In this document: piece after piece, positions 11,940 through 24,600 of the stretch
Layout: the number at the start of each line of letters is the position of its first letter
Position numbering within the stretch: position 1 is the stretch's first letter
Assembly: GCF_964355755.1 (NCBI RefSeq)
Contig: NC_092679.1
Coordinates: forward strand, 23,357,432 to 23,421,431
Length of the DNA: 64,000 nt
Direction of reading: 5' to 3'
Source of the DNA: Antedon mediterranea
Lineage: Eukaryota; Animalia; Echinodermata
Position numbers and translations under genes: made by a program
The notes under the pieces: generated by a model
What the model saw: only the letters and a program-made list of their open reading frames with translations
Databases searched by the model: none
What the model was told of the DNA's origin: nothing

Positions 11940-12544
11940 GTATTTATAATACTTTAACATGTAACATACAAATGAAATATAAATAAATACCGTACTTAAT
12001 ACGGTATTTTTTGAATACCGTATATATACGGTATTTTTTTGGCAGCGGAAATGGCGCTCAAAAAAAAAAATAAATAAAAAAAATACCGTATTTTGTAGTT
12101 CCAGGTGAAAAAATAATTCTTTTTGTCATTTATTATTATATGTGAAAACTTTTTCTTTCTTTTTTTTTGTTCCCTACGGAAGTGATTAACTTTATTAAAA
12201 CTACAAATTAAAGTCCGATTTAATTAATTTCTATTTATAATGTTGTTTTGGGGACAATACATCTTATTTAGTTATAACATACCGTAGTGTCGTAATAAAA
12301 GTGGGACAAACCCATACAAGACAAACACACATAAAGTAAGTATAATTCGGACGGAATCAAACTGGATTTAATCATTATTATATTGCCCCAATTATTACCA
12401 TCGTTTGCAGGTACATAATTCAACAGTTATTAGGTTAAAATTTCAAATTTACAACCTACTACGTCACCACTCCATCCTCCAATTAAAAAGATAACCAACA
12501 GCAATATCCACCAATCACACTTACGTATATTAACCTTAGCAAAA

Positions 12545-12683
12545 TGTGCCCAAATATGGTAGTGATATGACCAAATATGGTAGTGCTATGACCAAATATG
12601 GTAGTGCTATGACATCATCATGTCCATATCTGGGCACATCACACTTTCTTTGTCACATAAAGTTTGATAGTGTAGACAGAGCT
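12545..12683. mobile_element. Short MITE (AGCTCTGTCTACAC family), one end missing
   Basis: Ends TTTGATAGTGTAGACAGAGCT. The internal CCAAATATGGTAGTG motif is triplicated. Confidence 0.7.
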
Positions 12684-13684
12684 TTAGTTTACAGCTATTA
12701 TATGGGATCTGTAGTACATACAGCAATAGAATAGTATAAGATGACAAGTTTGCAGTACAACACGTATGTAGTTCGATCAATAGCGTGAATGAACCTGGAG
12801 GCAAATAAAGTATAGTGATCGTTACGTTGCGAAACGTCGTGTACTCCAAACTTTATATCAACATATTGATTTTGCAAACCTTCAAACAATATTATAACAT
12901 ACTTTTATCTTATTATAGATTTATTATAAGATTAGGAATGTCCTGTTATGTCAATGCAAAGAAGCTCTTCATATTTTTACATTATTTAAAAATTAGAATG
13001 TTTTTAAAACATCAAGGTGATAAATATATTTTATTATCATAATCACAATAAACATTAATATAAAAAATATAATTAAATGAATAAAACAACTATGACTGTG
13101 TTTCCGCATCCATAACACAAATTATTAATTGATAACAGATAAAGTGCACATGATTAATCGTTACCAATAACAACGCAACAATTTGTCTTCCAGGTCGAAT
13201 GTTAAAACACCATCTCATATAATTATATGATGATACAACTAAGATAATTATCAGTTCAACTGAAACTTTATCAGTTAATTTATGCGGAAACACATCCCGA
13301 TATTAGCACAAATCGATTTAATAATACATTTATGTAAAGCTACTCAATAACCATAGTGAACTGTGTTTGTCAACAATGTAATGTATTTCCCTTGGCTTTA
13401 TGTACAGAAGCTAATATTTTGTATTCAAATTCAATTAAAGGGATAATTACAATGTATAGGTAAATCGCCATAAAACATTGGGCTTCTTGTTTCATGTTTC
13501 CCGACATGTTCTTGACGAGAATCATAACATTTTCTGGTTTTATGTAAAGAATGTATGAAGTTAGTATCTAGTTCCTTATTCAAATTCAATTAAGAGACAG
13601 TTAAAAATACAAATAAGAAATCTCAGGAAATTTGGTAAAAAATGTTTTTCCCAGAAAATTATGGACAAATTTTATCAAAGTTAA

Positions 13685-14310
13685 AGCCCCATTCCCTACG
13701 TTTTTTAGATCTAATTTAAGATCACAAACTATATTTAATGTAAAAATAATACTATATGGTCCTATTGCGATAACTTTTTTCGTCTTTAAACGGTTAAAAA
13801 TGTGAAAAATAAGTCGATTCTAATAATTATAGCGGCCCGCTATAAATCCCAAAATGCATTGCGCGCGGATTGATATTTTTGTTTTTCACCTGTAATTCGC
13901 CCACTTTTCGATCGATCGTGAGGCCAAAACAAATGGAAGACTCCTAACTTTTCAGCGAAAATACCGGGTTTTCCCCAATTTGTATCAACGGAGTCTGGCA
14001 AAAATAGAAAGACAATTAATGCAGCAACTATACAACGTCAGGCTAGGTATATAGCTCGCGTACGATGTTCGTACGTTACCGAGGTTTACCAGCTAGGCCT
14101 ACAAAACTAAGCTTAGCTAGGCTAGGCCTAAGACCGTCCACGAGAGGTCGATCGCCGCGAGCTACTTAGGTAGTGCATTGTTTCTCACTTTTTATCATAA
14201 TTTACCATAAAACGTACATTTAAGACAAGAAATGACATGGTTTAATGTTTTTAAAGTGATATATATGTATTATTTTCCAAAAAACGTCCAAAATTGCAGG
14301 GAAGGGGTCT
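13685..14310. mobile_element. Non-autonomous DNA transposon with TTAA TSD (Kolobok-like)
   Basis: TTAA|AGCCCCATTCCCTACG ... TGCAGGGAAGGGGTCT|TTAA. AG termini with a TTAA duplication fit Kolobok. Confidence 0.7.
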
Positions 14311-15054
14311 TTAACTATCATTATCTGAAGGGATATGGATTTGTTTAGATGAATTTTTGTGAAAATATTAATTATGGTATAAATGTTGGTCAATCTGGTA
14401 AGTCCAGTTATAATTGACCTCTTCCATTCTTCTTGGATTGAGTATTGAGTAATACGTATTCTTTATGTTTTATTTTCCACACATCATAAATATTAAAAGA
14501 ACTATAAAGTGTGAAAAACAGGATTACCACAAGCAAGCAAATTTACAAATAAATTACAAAAATGTTTTCATTTAGTGAAATATAAATTATTATTATTTTC
14601 TTAACGAAAAATGTTTAGTGATCATTTTAAAGCAGGACGTTGATTGGACGGATTTTGAAAGACAATTGACATTTCATTCTTCATAGCTTCTGAAGTAAAT
14701 CACCAATAACCTAAACAAATAACAACTTTAATAAATTAATGGAATAATAATAAATTGAGTAGTACAATAATAAAAAATATTGCAATGTCATATTTCTCAG
14801 CCAATTATTACAAAGTATCATGTCTAGTGACAATAAACAGCCAAAAGTATCATGTCTAGTGACACTAAACAGTTAAACAGTCAATTATTATCAACGATTA
14901 GCTTTGGAAAGCAGGCTACTGTATAGTGTCAGGAGAGGCGATACAGTATCCCATGTTGGATGAAGGTTGGCAGTAGCAGACACAATACAGTTGCTGATGA
15001 TGAATGACTAATAATTGACTTGTTTAAATACAATGGAAGGGCAAGCCTGGTAAA

Positions 15055-17422
15055 TTATTTGTTGTAAAGTACCTTTGCTTTGCTTCCTATTTTGCCATCT
15101 CTTTTTCTTAGCTTGTTTATATCATCTGTCATAGAAACTATTGAAGTGTATATACCTGATGTACTCCTGAAAAATGAATGAAATTCAGCTTGGTGTAAAA
15201 CATGACTTTCAGCTATACTGAATACCTTGTGAGAGTTAAAATAATATTGTACTTTGTCTATGTTTTTAATGGCTAGGCCCACGCAACAACTTACTAGATA
15301 GTATTTATCATGGTTTAACTTTCTTACACCATATTTACACAATCCTACAACTTACTAGATAGTGTTTATCTTATGTATAACTTTTTTACAAAATATTTAA
15401 TACCGGTTGGAGCAAATTTAGTACTGCAAATCTTGCTGGAAAACACTGCTTCTGAAGAACAGTGTTGAGAAGCTATGACATGTTTGCAGTACTGTACAAT
15501 GCAATGTCTTTAGTAGAGTAGTTAGAGTTAAGAACATACTGAGGAAAGGTGATACATACCTACTGCATTGAAGACCTCTGCTATTCAGTGGGTTCTCACC
15601 CAATGCTACCAGTTCCTGCCACCAATTCCTTAAGATTCCTAAGATCATGTCCAGACTGGCAACGATATAATCCTCGTATTTACTGTCAAGAATTCTCTGA
15701 AGCACCGGGAGAAAATCCAAACAAGCACCCATCGTAACCTGCTTGCCTTTTTCCGTCTTATTCTTGATGCCGGAGCTTAAGAACGGCAGTACATCAACGG
15801 TGGTGGCATCATCATTTGTGCGTATAAGATAAGAGATCAGACTGTTTGGACTCTTCCGCCAAAATGTGTGCGCAGCCTTTGCTTGTATCAAACGGTTGCC
15901 TAGTATTACTGTCATTTTTTTATGTCCAGAAGTTATCTATGGAAATTTAGTACAAACATTATAATGCAGTAGTCCACTATGTAAGAGCTGTTTGATGTAA
16001 TGTACACTGGTTTTGGTGAGAAAAAAAAACCCGAAAAAGATGTGACACGATTAAATTTTGTAGTTGCCGAAAAAAGAACATGGGAAACTGAAAGAAACTA
16101 AGCTTATGTCTACATTTTTTGAGTTCCGTTTCAATGTCAATATAGCGCATGAGTTACCTGCGTAACATCGTCTACATTGCCATCCGGTAAATCAGAATCG
16201 TTTACAGGTGGTTGGCTTTCAGGTGAGAAGTCGTTATTCCATTCTGGTCGCTCTGCATTCTCTTTCTGTTTAACTTTATGTTGTTGAGGTTGTTGTTGAC
16301 GTAGTATCTAAAAAAACAAAAACACAATATTGCTTTTAGAATTATAGGCCAAGAAGTTACAAAAAAGGTATCAGCAGCATACCAAGGCACCATGAGTTAG
16401 CTTGTTTTGGTAATCCTACTGTTTATTGCAATGAATGTCTTCATACACCTAAGTTACTTTACTGCCAAATTTTGACATGATGCCTTACATTTCATAGAAC
16501 ATTATTATAATATTTAAGCATTATATTATAACAAAATAATATAAAAAAATAGTAAATTAGTAGGAATAATTAGCCATAGTACTTTTATTGCCAAAATTAT
16601 AACATAACAGTCACTTGATAAATTCCATCATATTTATTTTTTAGATGCTAAAAATTCTATATTGGGATTAAAACTAGTATAATTTTGCTGCTTTACATCA
16701 AATTATTAAATGGGATTTCAAGGGAGGCTAAAAAATAAAAAAAAATGTGAAGGACATTTCCCCATCACCCTGGGATGTACATTCAACATTCACTATTCAG
16801 AAACAACCTTTGTACATCATTCATTGTGTCTTTCGATGGCATTTGTAACACTAAATAAATTAACTTATTGTTAGAAACATTGTTAACACAATGGTGTTTA
16901 CAACTGTGGTATAAGCTTGTTAGTGCTTTTCACTATAATAGCATACACAATTGCTTATCTCTGTAGAGCATCTGCAGCACTCTATACTCTGTAATACAAC
17001 AATTGAAGATTGGAACTGATTTTAAACAATACAAGACTGGCTGCCAAACCTGATATTATGCCTTATTTAGTCATATTTAGCTCCCACACAACATTATAAT
17101 AAAATTATAGCACCACTGTTATACTAGCAGATTAAGTTATAATCACAAAAATCATTTTGGAAGTGGATCGCTTGACCAATTATCCCTTTAAAAGAAGTTT
17201 TTTAAGGTAACTTCCATACATAGGATTTAATTACTAACCAGACAAATTCCCTTAATAGTAAAGCATTAGATTTATTTGTGTAGTTGTCCTGGCGGCCAGG
17301 TCAATTATATTTACCTCGTCCTCTTGTGGATCTGCCATGACATATTTTTTCTTCTTCATGTCCCACTTTATAAAACCATGCTGCTCATTTGTTTTCCTAT
17401 CCTTTGCATTTGGGTCTGCCAT
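15055..17422 (-). CDS. KATNBL1: KATNB1-like protein 1 (katanin p80 C-terminal con80 domain), ~248 aa, 4 coding exons
   Basis: Exons 17422-17315, 16307-16158, 15936-15560 and 15166-15055 splice in frame. HKKMTVILGNR..HTFWRKS..LISYLIR..D...VDVLPFL..VTMGACLDFLPVL..ILDSKYEDYIV..L...LRNWWQEL matches KATNBL1. No WD40 repeats, unlike KATNB1. A possible 5'UTR exon donor lies near 18447. Confidence 0.88.
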
Positions 17423-18857
17423 TCTTCTTGCTGCTAGAAAATAACAGACATTAAGTAGGCCTAGATAAATGAAATCCCATACATGTGAAACATAGAAACA
17501 AACTTGTCTTACTTGACAAGATGAGAAGAATTATTAAAAGATATAGAGTAAATTTTGTATGTGTTAAATATAAATACAGTAACTGTAAATATGTAGCGTA
17601 AGCTTTTAGTATTAATAATATTTTTAATAATACATATTTAATCTTTTCTGATTAATTAGGTTGCCGCATGGAGTTATGTTGACACTCATTCTCTACACTC
17701 ACAATTTGCGAGTGATAGGAAACAAAAGTCGTCAACCTAGGCCTAGTTCTAATTGGTCGGTTAACATTTTTATAATAATTATGTACATTCATTATACTGT
17801 ACATTTTTTTCTCAATTCATATACACTACAGAACTTTTTCATGATACGGAAGATCTTCAATCAACGACAAACAATGCTGTGCAGGGAAGCGTATCCAACA
17901 ACAGAAATAACATTCATATCATCATATAAAAGCCTAGCATAGCGTGGTGAGCATATTTTCGGAGGACAAGGTGATTAAAAATTCATACCTCGGTTTGCGC
18001 ATATATATAGGCTAGCACAGTTTTCAACTCAGTAAAATCTATTCTTACATATAATAATGGCCTAGCCTAGCCTTAGGCCAGGCATTATTATACATAAGAA
18101 TCCCTAGTAGGGCTAGGCCTAGCCTCTAGCTAGTAGTAGGACCTGCCTACCTAGGCTAGTCTAGAAAGAGAGCCTCTCTACTCTCTCCCTATCTAGGCCT
18201 AGTACTGGGATAGGCTAGCCTACCTAGCTAGGGAGAGTAGGGCTAGTATTATAGGGTAGGCTAACTAGGCCTAGGCCTAGGCCTAGTAGTAGTAGGCCTC
18301 TGGCCTAGCTAGCCTACCTATTCTATTCTATTATACCTAGCTTATAAAATCCTTGTGGGGCTTATTTAGCTGCTGTGTGTGACATATGTAGGCTATATCA
18401 TTATCAGTACAACTTGTACTGATATACAAGTACATACAATTACTTACTTTGATCAACACCAACAAAATGTTTGTGTTGTTGTTGTGAAGGCGCTTCTCTC
18501 TGTTTTTCTACTAATCTGTATTTAAAAATACGACAATGTGATTGGCTACCAAGTTTTATTTAAGTAATTGAAGTCAAATAGAGGGCGTTTTTCTTTTTAA
18601 AAAAACACCAAAAAACGTGCGATCTCGAAGTCCAATTTCCAGCAATAAAGAGTGCGTGTCAGGGTGTTGTGATATTGAAATTTATCAAGCTGGCCAGTAT
18701 AATTAAATTAGTAAGACTTTAAGAATATATAGGTTTAGGCCTATTATTAATACTAGGCCTAGAAAAAGGCCTATAAGTAGGCATAGGCTAGGCTCTAGCT
18801 AGGGCCAGGCCACACACACCACGGGAATCCCACACCACTACCACCTAGGGTACAGTA

Positions 18858-19702
18858 TGTTATGCGCGATTTGAACGATTTGCGCAATTTGAAATTGCGC
18901 AAAAAAAATCCTTGCGCAATTTGAATTGAAACATGTGTTTCAAATTGCGCAAGCAACGTATTAAATTGCGCAAGTAATCTGCAAACTGCGCAAGGTTTTT
19001 CGACAGATTGTGAAATCATGCACACCCATATTTATATAGTAATTTCTAAGAATGATTCAAAATTAAAGATAAATATCGCATTTCCTTATTTTAGTAGTGC
19101 AAATATTGTTATAAGTTAGCATACCGTCGAAGAACCGACGAAGGAAAACGAAGCGGTGGTGTTCCACCAGGCGGGCGCGGCGCGGGCGGCCGGCTATACT
19201 ACTCTAGCCTAGCTAGGGTCTGGACTACTGATACTGACTAGGTTACATGGCCTAGCTTAAACTAATATTAAAAACTTAATTTTTACATTTATTTTGATTT
19301 ATTTCAAGTTACAGTGATAATATTATTTAATTGTAATAATAAATGTTATGTATTTATTATACACATGTTATCTTCGCATTTATTATGTTTTATTTTGAGT
19401 TATTTAGTTTCCAATAAATTATTATAATACCGATTGTAGTTCGTTTTCAAATTGCGCAAAGGTGTCATATTGCGCAAGAACTATCTTGCGCAATTTACAA
19501 ATTGTGCAGCGCAATTTAAAATTGCGCAAAGATTTTCTTGCGCAATTTGAAATTGCGCAAGTTGATTGCGCAATTTGAAATTGCGCAAAAAAATCCTTGC
19601 GCAAATTTAAATTGCGCAAGAATTCTTTGCGCTATTTCAAATTGCGCAAGGATTTTTTTGCGCAATTTCAAATTGCGCAAATCGTTCAAATCGCGCATAA
19701 CA
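18858..19702. mobile_element. Non-autonomous TGT...ACA element with ~65-bp TIRs, TTGCGCAA arrays and 5-bp TSD (Ginger2/TDD-like), copy 1
   Basis: CAGTA|TGTTATGCGCGATTTGAACGATTTGCGCAA ... TTGCGCAAATCGTTCAAATCGCGCATAACA|CAGTA. Near-identical to 44044-44876. The superfamily is inferred from termini and TSD only. Confidence 0.9.
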
Positions 19703-19725
19703 CAGTACAGTGTAGCCTCTACTAG

Positions 19726-21172
19726 CAGGCCCGTAACCAGGGGGGGATCGGGGGGATCGTAAGATCCCCCCGCTGAACAGCGAGTTCCGCTTGGCCTCCC
19801 ACTTTTTTTTTGCTGGGCATACTAACACAACACGACGATTGTTCACTACAGGCCTAGTCAAGCCTTAATAAATTTAATTAATATATATATATATATATTT
19901 TAACTAAAATATAAAAACCTAACACTAAAATTTACATGATAAGTTCTATTTGATAACTGCTGAACATCGTGGTTCTGGAGCTAGCGAGCTGTACACAGAG
20001 CATAGTTGTTGTTTGGTTGACATAACAGGGTATTCCCCTACACAGGTCTCCGCGTGCGTGTGACGTGTCCAGCCAGCTGCTTGATAGAGAAAGCATGCAG
20101 CTCACAACGCAAGTGCAAGATGCAATGGTTGAGTGAATTCAGGGATCATCTTAATTCCATGGTTTTTACCTAAACACCACCACATGATGGTGAATATGCC
20201 TGTTAAAGTCTCAATGATACGATCCCTAATGAACCATGTTGTTGCTAGGAGGCTTGAAAGGAGGAGGGATCTAGCCTAATTTCGGTCGGCAAGAGAATGC
20301 CGTCCTTATAAAGTACAATAAAAACAAAGGCTAGGACTGTATAGTGCCTATGAAAATTATCCCGTTAGGGCTAAATTTTATTAAAACGTATTACTATTAA
20401 AATATTAACAATGCTGCAGCATTTCATGACCCTTGTTGTTTTATTTGCTTTCCCGTCGATGATTCTCATAAAACACATCGCGATGACATCATGACAAAAG
20501 AGGTGTTTTGTTTTTTTCAAAATCACTAAATATAATGTAATCGAGCTGGACCGCTAATTTTTAAACGATCGTTTAAACCAGGTCGTTGAATTGAATATGC
20601 CGTGATTTTAATTGTCAAAAACATGACCGTCAGTCGATGGCTCGGAGTTTCGATAAATCTCGCGTCGCATGTGTTGCGTGGTGAAAACACTCTCAGCAAG
20701 TTTGCTTCATTAATATTCATGAGACTCTGTGACGACCCGCTTTAACGTGACGTCATTTTACTATAGCTGCATGCGAAGTATAGTGACCGCGATCGACCCG
20801 GCGCGCGTGTAAAAAAATAATACCGGCCTAGGTATTAAAAGAACAGGCAAGTTGTTAGCTTGCTTTTGGTACCCTAGGTAAGTATCAGCTGCATATTCCA
20901 CATGTCGTAATTTGCGAGCTTTAGAGTGTTTGGTAAATGACATTATGAGATGTTTGTAAATCGTTTTAAACGACTTACAATGCGCTAGAACGCCAAAATT
21001 TCCAGGGGCCGTCGGCCCCTGGATCCCTTGGCGGCCCCCTGGCCCCCAGCCAATGTTTGCTCGCTTCGCTCGCAAAGCTACGCCACCCCTATTTCAATAT
21101 CCTGGATCCGCCCCTGGGTTCCACTAAACAACTTAACGATCCACCCCGCCGTCAAACCTGGTTACGGCCCTG
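19726..21172. mobile_element. Non-autonomous hAT-like element with 16-bp TIRs and an apparent 5-bp TSD
   Basis: ACTAG|CAGGCCCGTAACCAGG ... CCTGGTTACGGCCCTG|ACTAG. No transposase ORF. A second hAT-type end (CCTGGATCCGCCCCTG) lies at ~21101-21116. Confidence 0.78.
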
Positions 21173-21624
21173 ACTAGGTAGGCTAAAACTACTACTAGTC
21201 TAGGCCTAGCCAAGGCCCAGCTATTATCGTGTTTATAACCTAGACTTTGAGTTAACAACCAAATACTAGGCCTATACACGTACCTAATATGCGAAGAAGG
21301 AAATCCTTGCACAAATTTCAAATTGTACAAGGAAAGACCGCTATTTTAAAAATTGCTCTGAAAACAAACTGCACAATTTGAACACAACAAAATAATGTGC
21401 AACATCAAAAGTGCAATATGTGTTGAGTACTGTCTGTGAGTAATTTCCCGAATGATCATGAAATCAAAACGCTAAGAATAACTAAGAGATTGGTCTACTA
21501 CCGGTACTAGCGCCAGCTCCCAACAACTATCATTCTTCCATATAGAAGCACTGTCTCTGTGGTAGTGGTAGGTTCAAAATATAAAAAGAAATAAAAATTT
21601 AAATTCAATTTGTTCAGAAATGTT

Positions 21625-24600
21625 ATGGACAACTCAACAGGAAAGAAGATAGATGACCTTTTACAATGTATGTTATCGATTAACAGCGGTTCTAAGAACG
21701 AAGACAATTATGAGTACAGACGGACACTGATTGAAGCTATAAGCTACGCATATATTTGTTCACTTGGGAACAAGGCAGACTCACGGAAGGCAGCAAAGGT
21801 ATCGCTGCTTTAGTTTTTATTAACATGTATTTCTCAGTAACAGTATTAATTTATAATAAAAATTGTAAAAAAGAGAGAATTTACATTAAATTTACATAAA
21901 AATTAAATCAAAAGTAAAAAATCTGATTATACACACATTATACATGCATTTAGTAGGCCAGCTAGACTTGTTTGTTTCTTTTTAAGGTTGTACAACTTGC
22001 AAGTCGTTCATGGCACTCCGAGCTGATGGATTCAATGCAGAGTCATTTAAATAAGCTTTTAATCAATTCTGACGGTCAGCACTTAACTAAAGGTAGGTGG
22101 TTTTATAAAGTTAACCAACCAAACCTGTAAAGCTCTGTCTACACTATCAAACTAGTTTTATAAAAAAGTGTGATGTGCCCAAATATGGTAGTGATATTCC
22201 TAACAAGGTCATTATTTGTAATTTATGTGTTTTTCTACAGTTTGTCATGGCCTTGAAGAAAACAAGCTGTTTCGAGAAGCAGTCAATCAAGACATTCTAC
22301 CACTTATCAGCCACATCAACCAAACCTTGGTCGGTATATCAAAACATTTTAACTCCCAAACGCATGATCAAATACACATGTCTCCCAGCAAAGAGAAAGA
22401 ACCGATGCCAGAATCAACAAACTTGCACAATACAGGAGGTGTTAATTCAGAAGATGTCGCTTTTAGCAGGTCAACGATGGATAAAATGGACTTGTGCTAT
22501 ACGTGTGTTAAAGTTTGCCTACTAACATTCCAGTACTTGCAAGAGGCCGTTGCAGTTCTCTTGTGGGAAACATCACCAGCTGGTCACTCTCTAGCTTCAA
22601 AGCTTGTTAACAACCTACAAGCTGTCTTAAGTCAGGTAAGAAATATTTTTAAACGAAAAAGAACCACAAACTAACAATACAGCATACCACATGAACAGTG
22701 GCATAACGCAGGGGGAAATTTGATGTCAGTGCAGTAGAGCGTGTTTATTATCACCATTTATATATATCACTTTTCCATGAGGTAGAAGGGCTAATGCTAA
22801 CTACAAGAATACTATACTACTACTACTTAACATCAAGGAAATCAATGATTGTTTCTAACATATAACCATTGGGTTCATGTACATACATACAATGTAAATG
22901 ATAAAGAACTTTGTATATTGCTCAAAAAGATTGTCCCCTTGATGGCTGATCATGGTTGGCGCTGCATTGTAGCTACCATGGATCTACAGACAGCCTAATA
23001 ATCTTCTGAGGACGATTAATAATACATAATTTTTTTTTTGCATATATTTGACAGGGTTACAGTAAGGATTGTAACCTGATTGCTGGAAGTGCATTAGCTA
23101 TGTTGCTCAACACAGTTCCAACTGTAGACCAAGCTCGGAATCTTGTTCAGCTATTGTCTCATGATCTTGATGTTGACGCAGGTAATCAATGTTATACAAA
23201 TAATGAATCTTTATTCATGAGTTGAATAGATCTATCAATCCTTCAACAATTGAAAATATTCTCTCCATTTCATGAATATAATTGATTTAGTTGTTTTGTA
23301 AAATTCATTTGGTACTTTGAATATTGATAAGAAATAGTGCTTGGAATTTGACCTCAGTAGAGTTGTTGTTGTAGGTGGCGCACTCTGCCGGCTGGTTTTT
23401 GAATGCGCAAATGTACTCCGAAATCATGAGAATGAATCCAAATGAATGCACAACATGTAGTATGTAATCTACCAATCAAAAGGCAAGGATACACTTGTGT
23501 TGTTATAGGATAAATAATCATTAAAAAGAATATAATATGAATTTCTTTTAAATAGTTTTTTATAATTTTTATTATTTTTAGTTAAAATTGGAAATATAGA
23601 AATAAAAGGGTTGTCACATGACCAGACACATGGACCGTATTCAAAAATTTCGCTCTTTCGAGGAATCCTGACGTGCTGTAAGCCAAGATTGTTACTTTCA
23701 ACTAACAAAAGCAAGGTAAAATACCTCTATGGTATGATTAGATTTTCCATTTTGTACAGACGAATGGGAGCCGTTTGGTGATTGATATATTGGTAACATC
23801 ACAAAAGCTTATTATATTAAAATCTGACTGGCCTCTATCATATCAGCTAAAATATTAAATAGCACGCCCTCTGTTTGGGTCGAAATATCAAGTAGTGAGC
23901 CCTGTCTTTCTGAATATAGTTTTCCCTGATATTGCCAAGTACTCCACACAGTTGCCTTCATTTATTGTGTTATTTATTTAACTTGAGTTCCACATATTGC
24001 TTTTAAATATCAAGAGAAAATTTTAACATGCTTATTGACATTTATTCTTTTAGGATTCAATTTTATTACACAGTCTATTCTGTGAAGTCGTATCGATCTG
24101 CCGAAGTTCAAACCATTCGATACTGTATAACGCTTTTCAACTTCTTGTTTACTGGTTTGATAGTGCCATAGCCACAATGCAACAATACGTAACATCTACA
24201 CCGGAGAGGAAAACACACTTTCACAGTGACTCCTTATTTGTCAAAACTACTCTACAGCTAGTCTGGGAGAATTGGCAAAACCCTCTGTCAGGTGTTCCTG
24301 CGTTTGTAAAAGCTATATTTGGTCTATTGCTGGAAATCCATCAGAATGAAAACCACCTGTTTGGTATATGTTCATCGGATGTAAGTCTCATCTCGGTTCT
24401 TTTTTTAGTTTGATTTTCAGGACAAACAAATTATATATACACTGATGAAGTGCTAGTTATGCACGAAAGCTCTGCTAATTTTTCCTGGCTGTTTTACAAA
24501 TCGTTTTGATTTAGCTATTTGCTTATTTTATTTTGTATCTTAATATAGATCCAGCCACTGATACCTGCAACATTGTCATTTTTTCAGTAATTTGCCTTTG

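Noticed and set aside
11985-12040. Two adjacent AATACCGTA...TACGGTATT palindromes
   Set aside because: Short, with no TSD or partner found. Probably a repeat remnant, and no function can be supported.
19422-19861. ORFs with RNFKLRK / AQFEIAQ repeats (also 43846-44872)
   Set aside because: Translations of the TTGCGCAA arrays. No transposase or integrase motifs.
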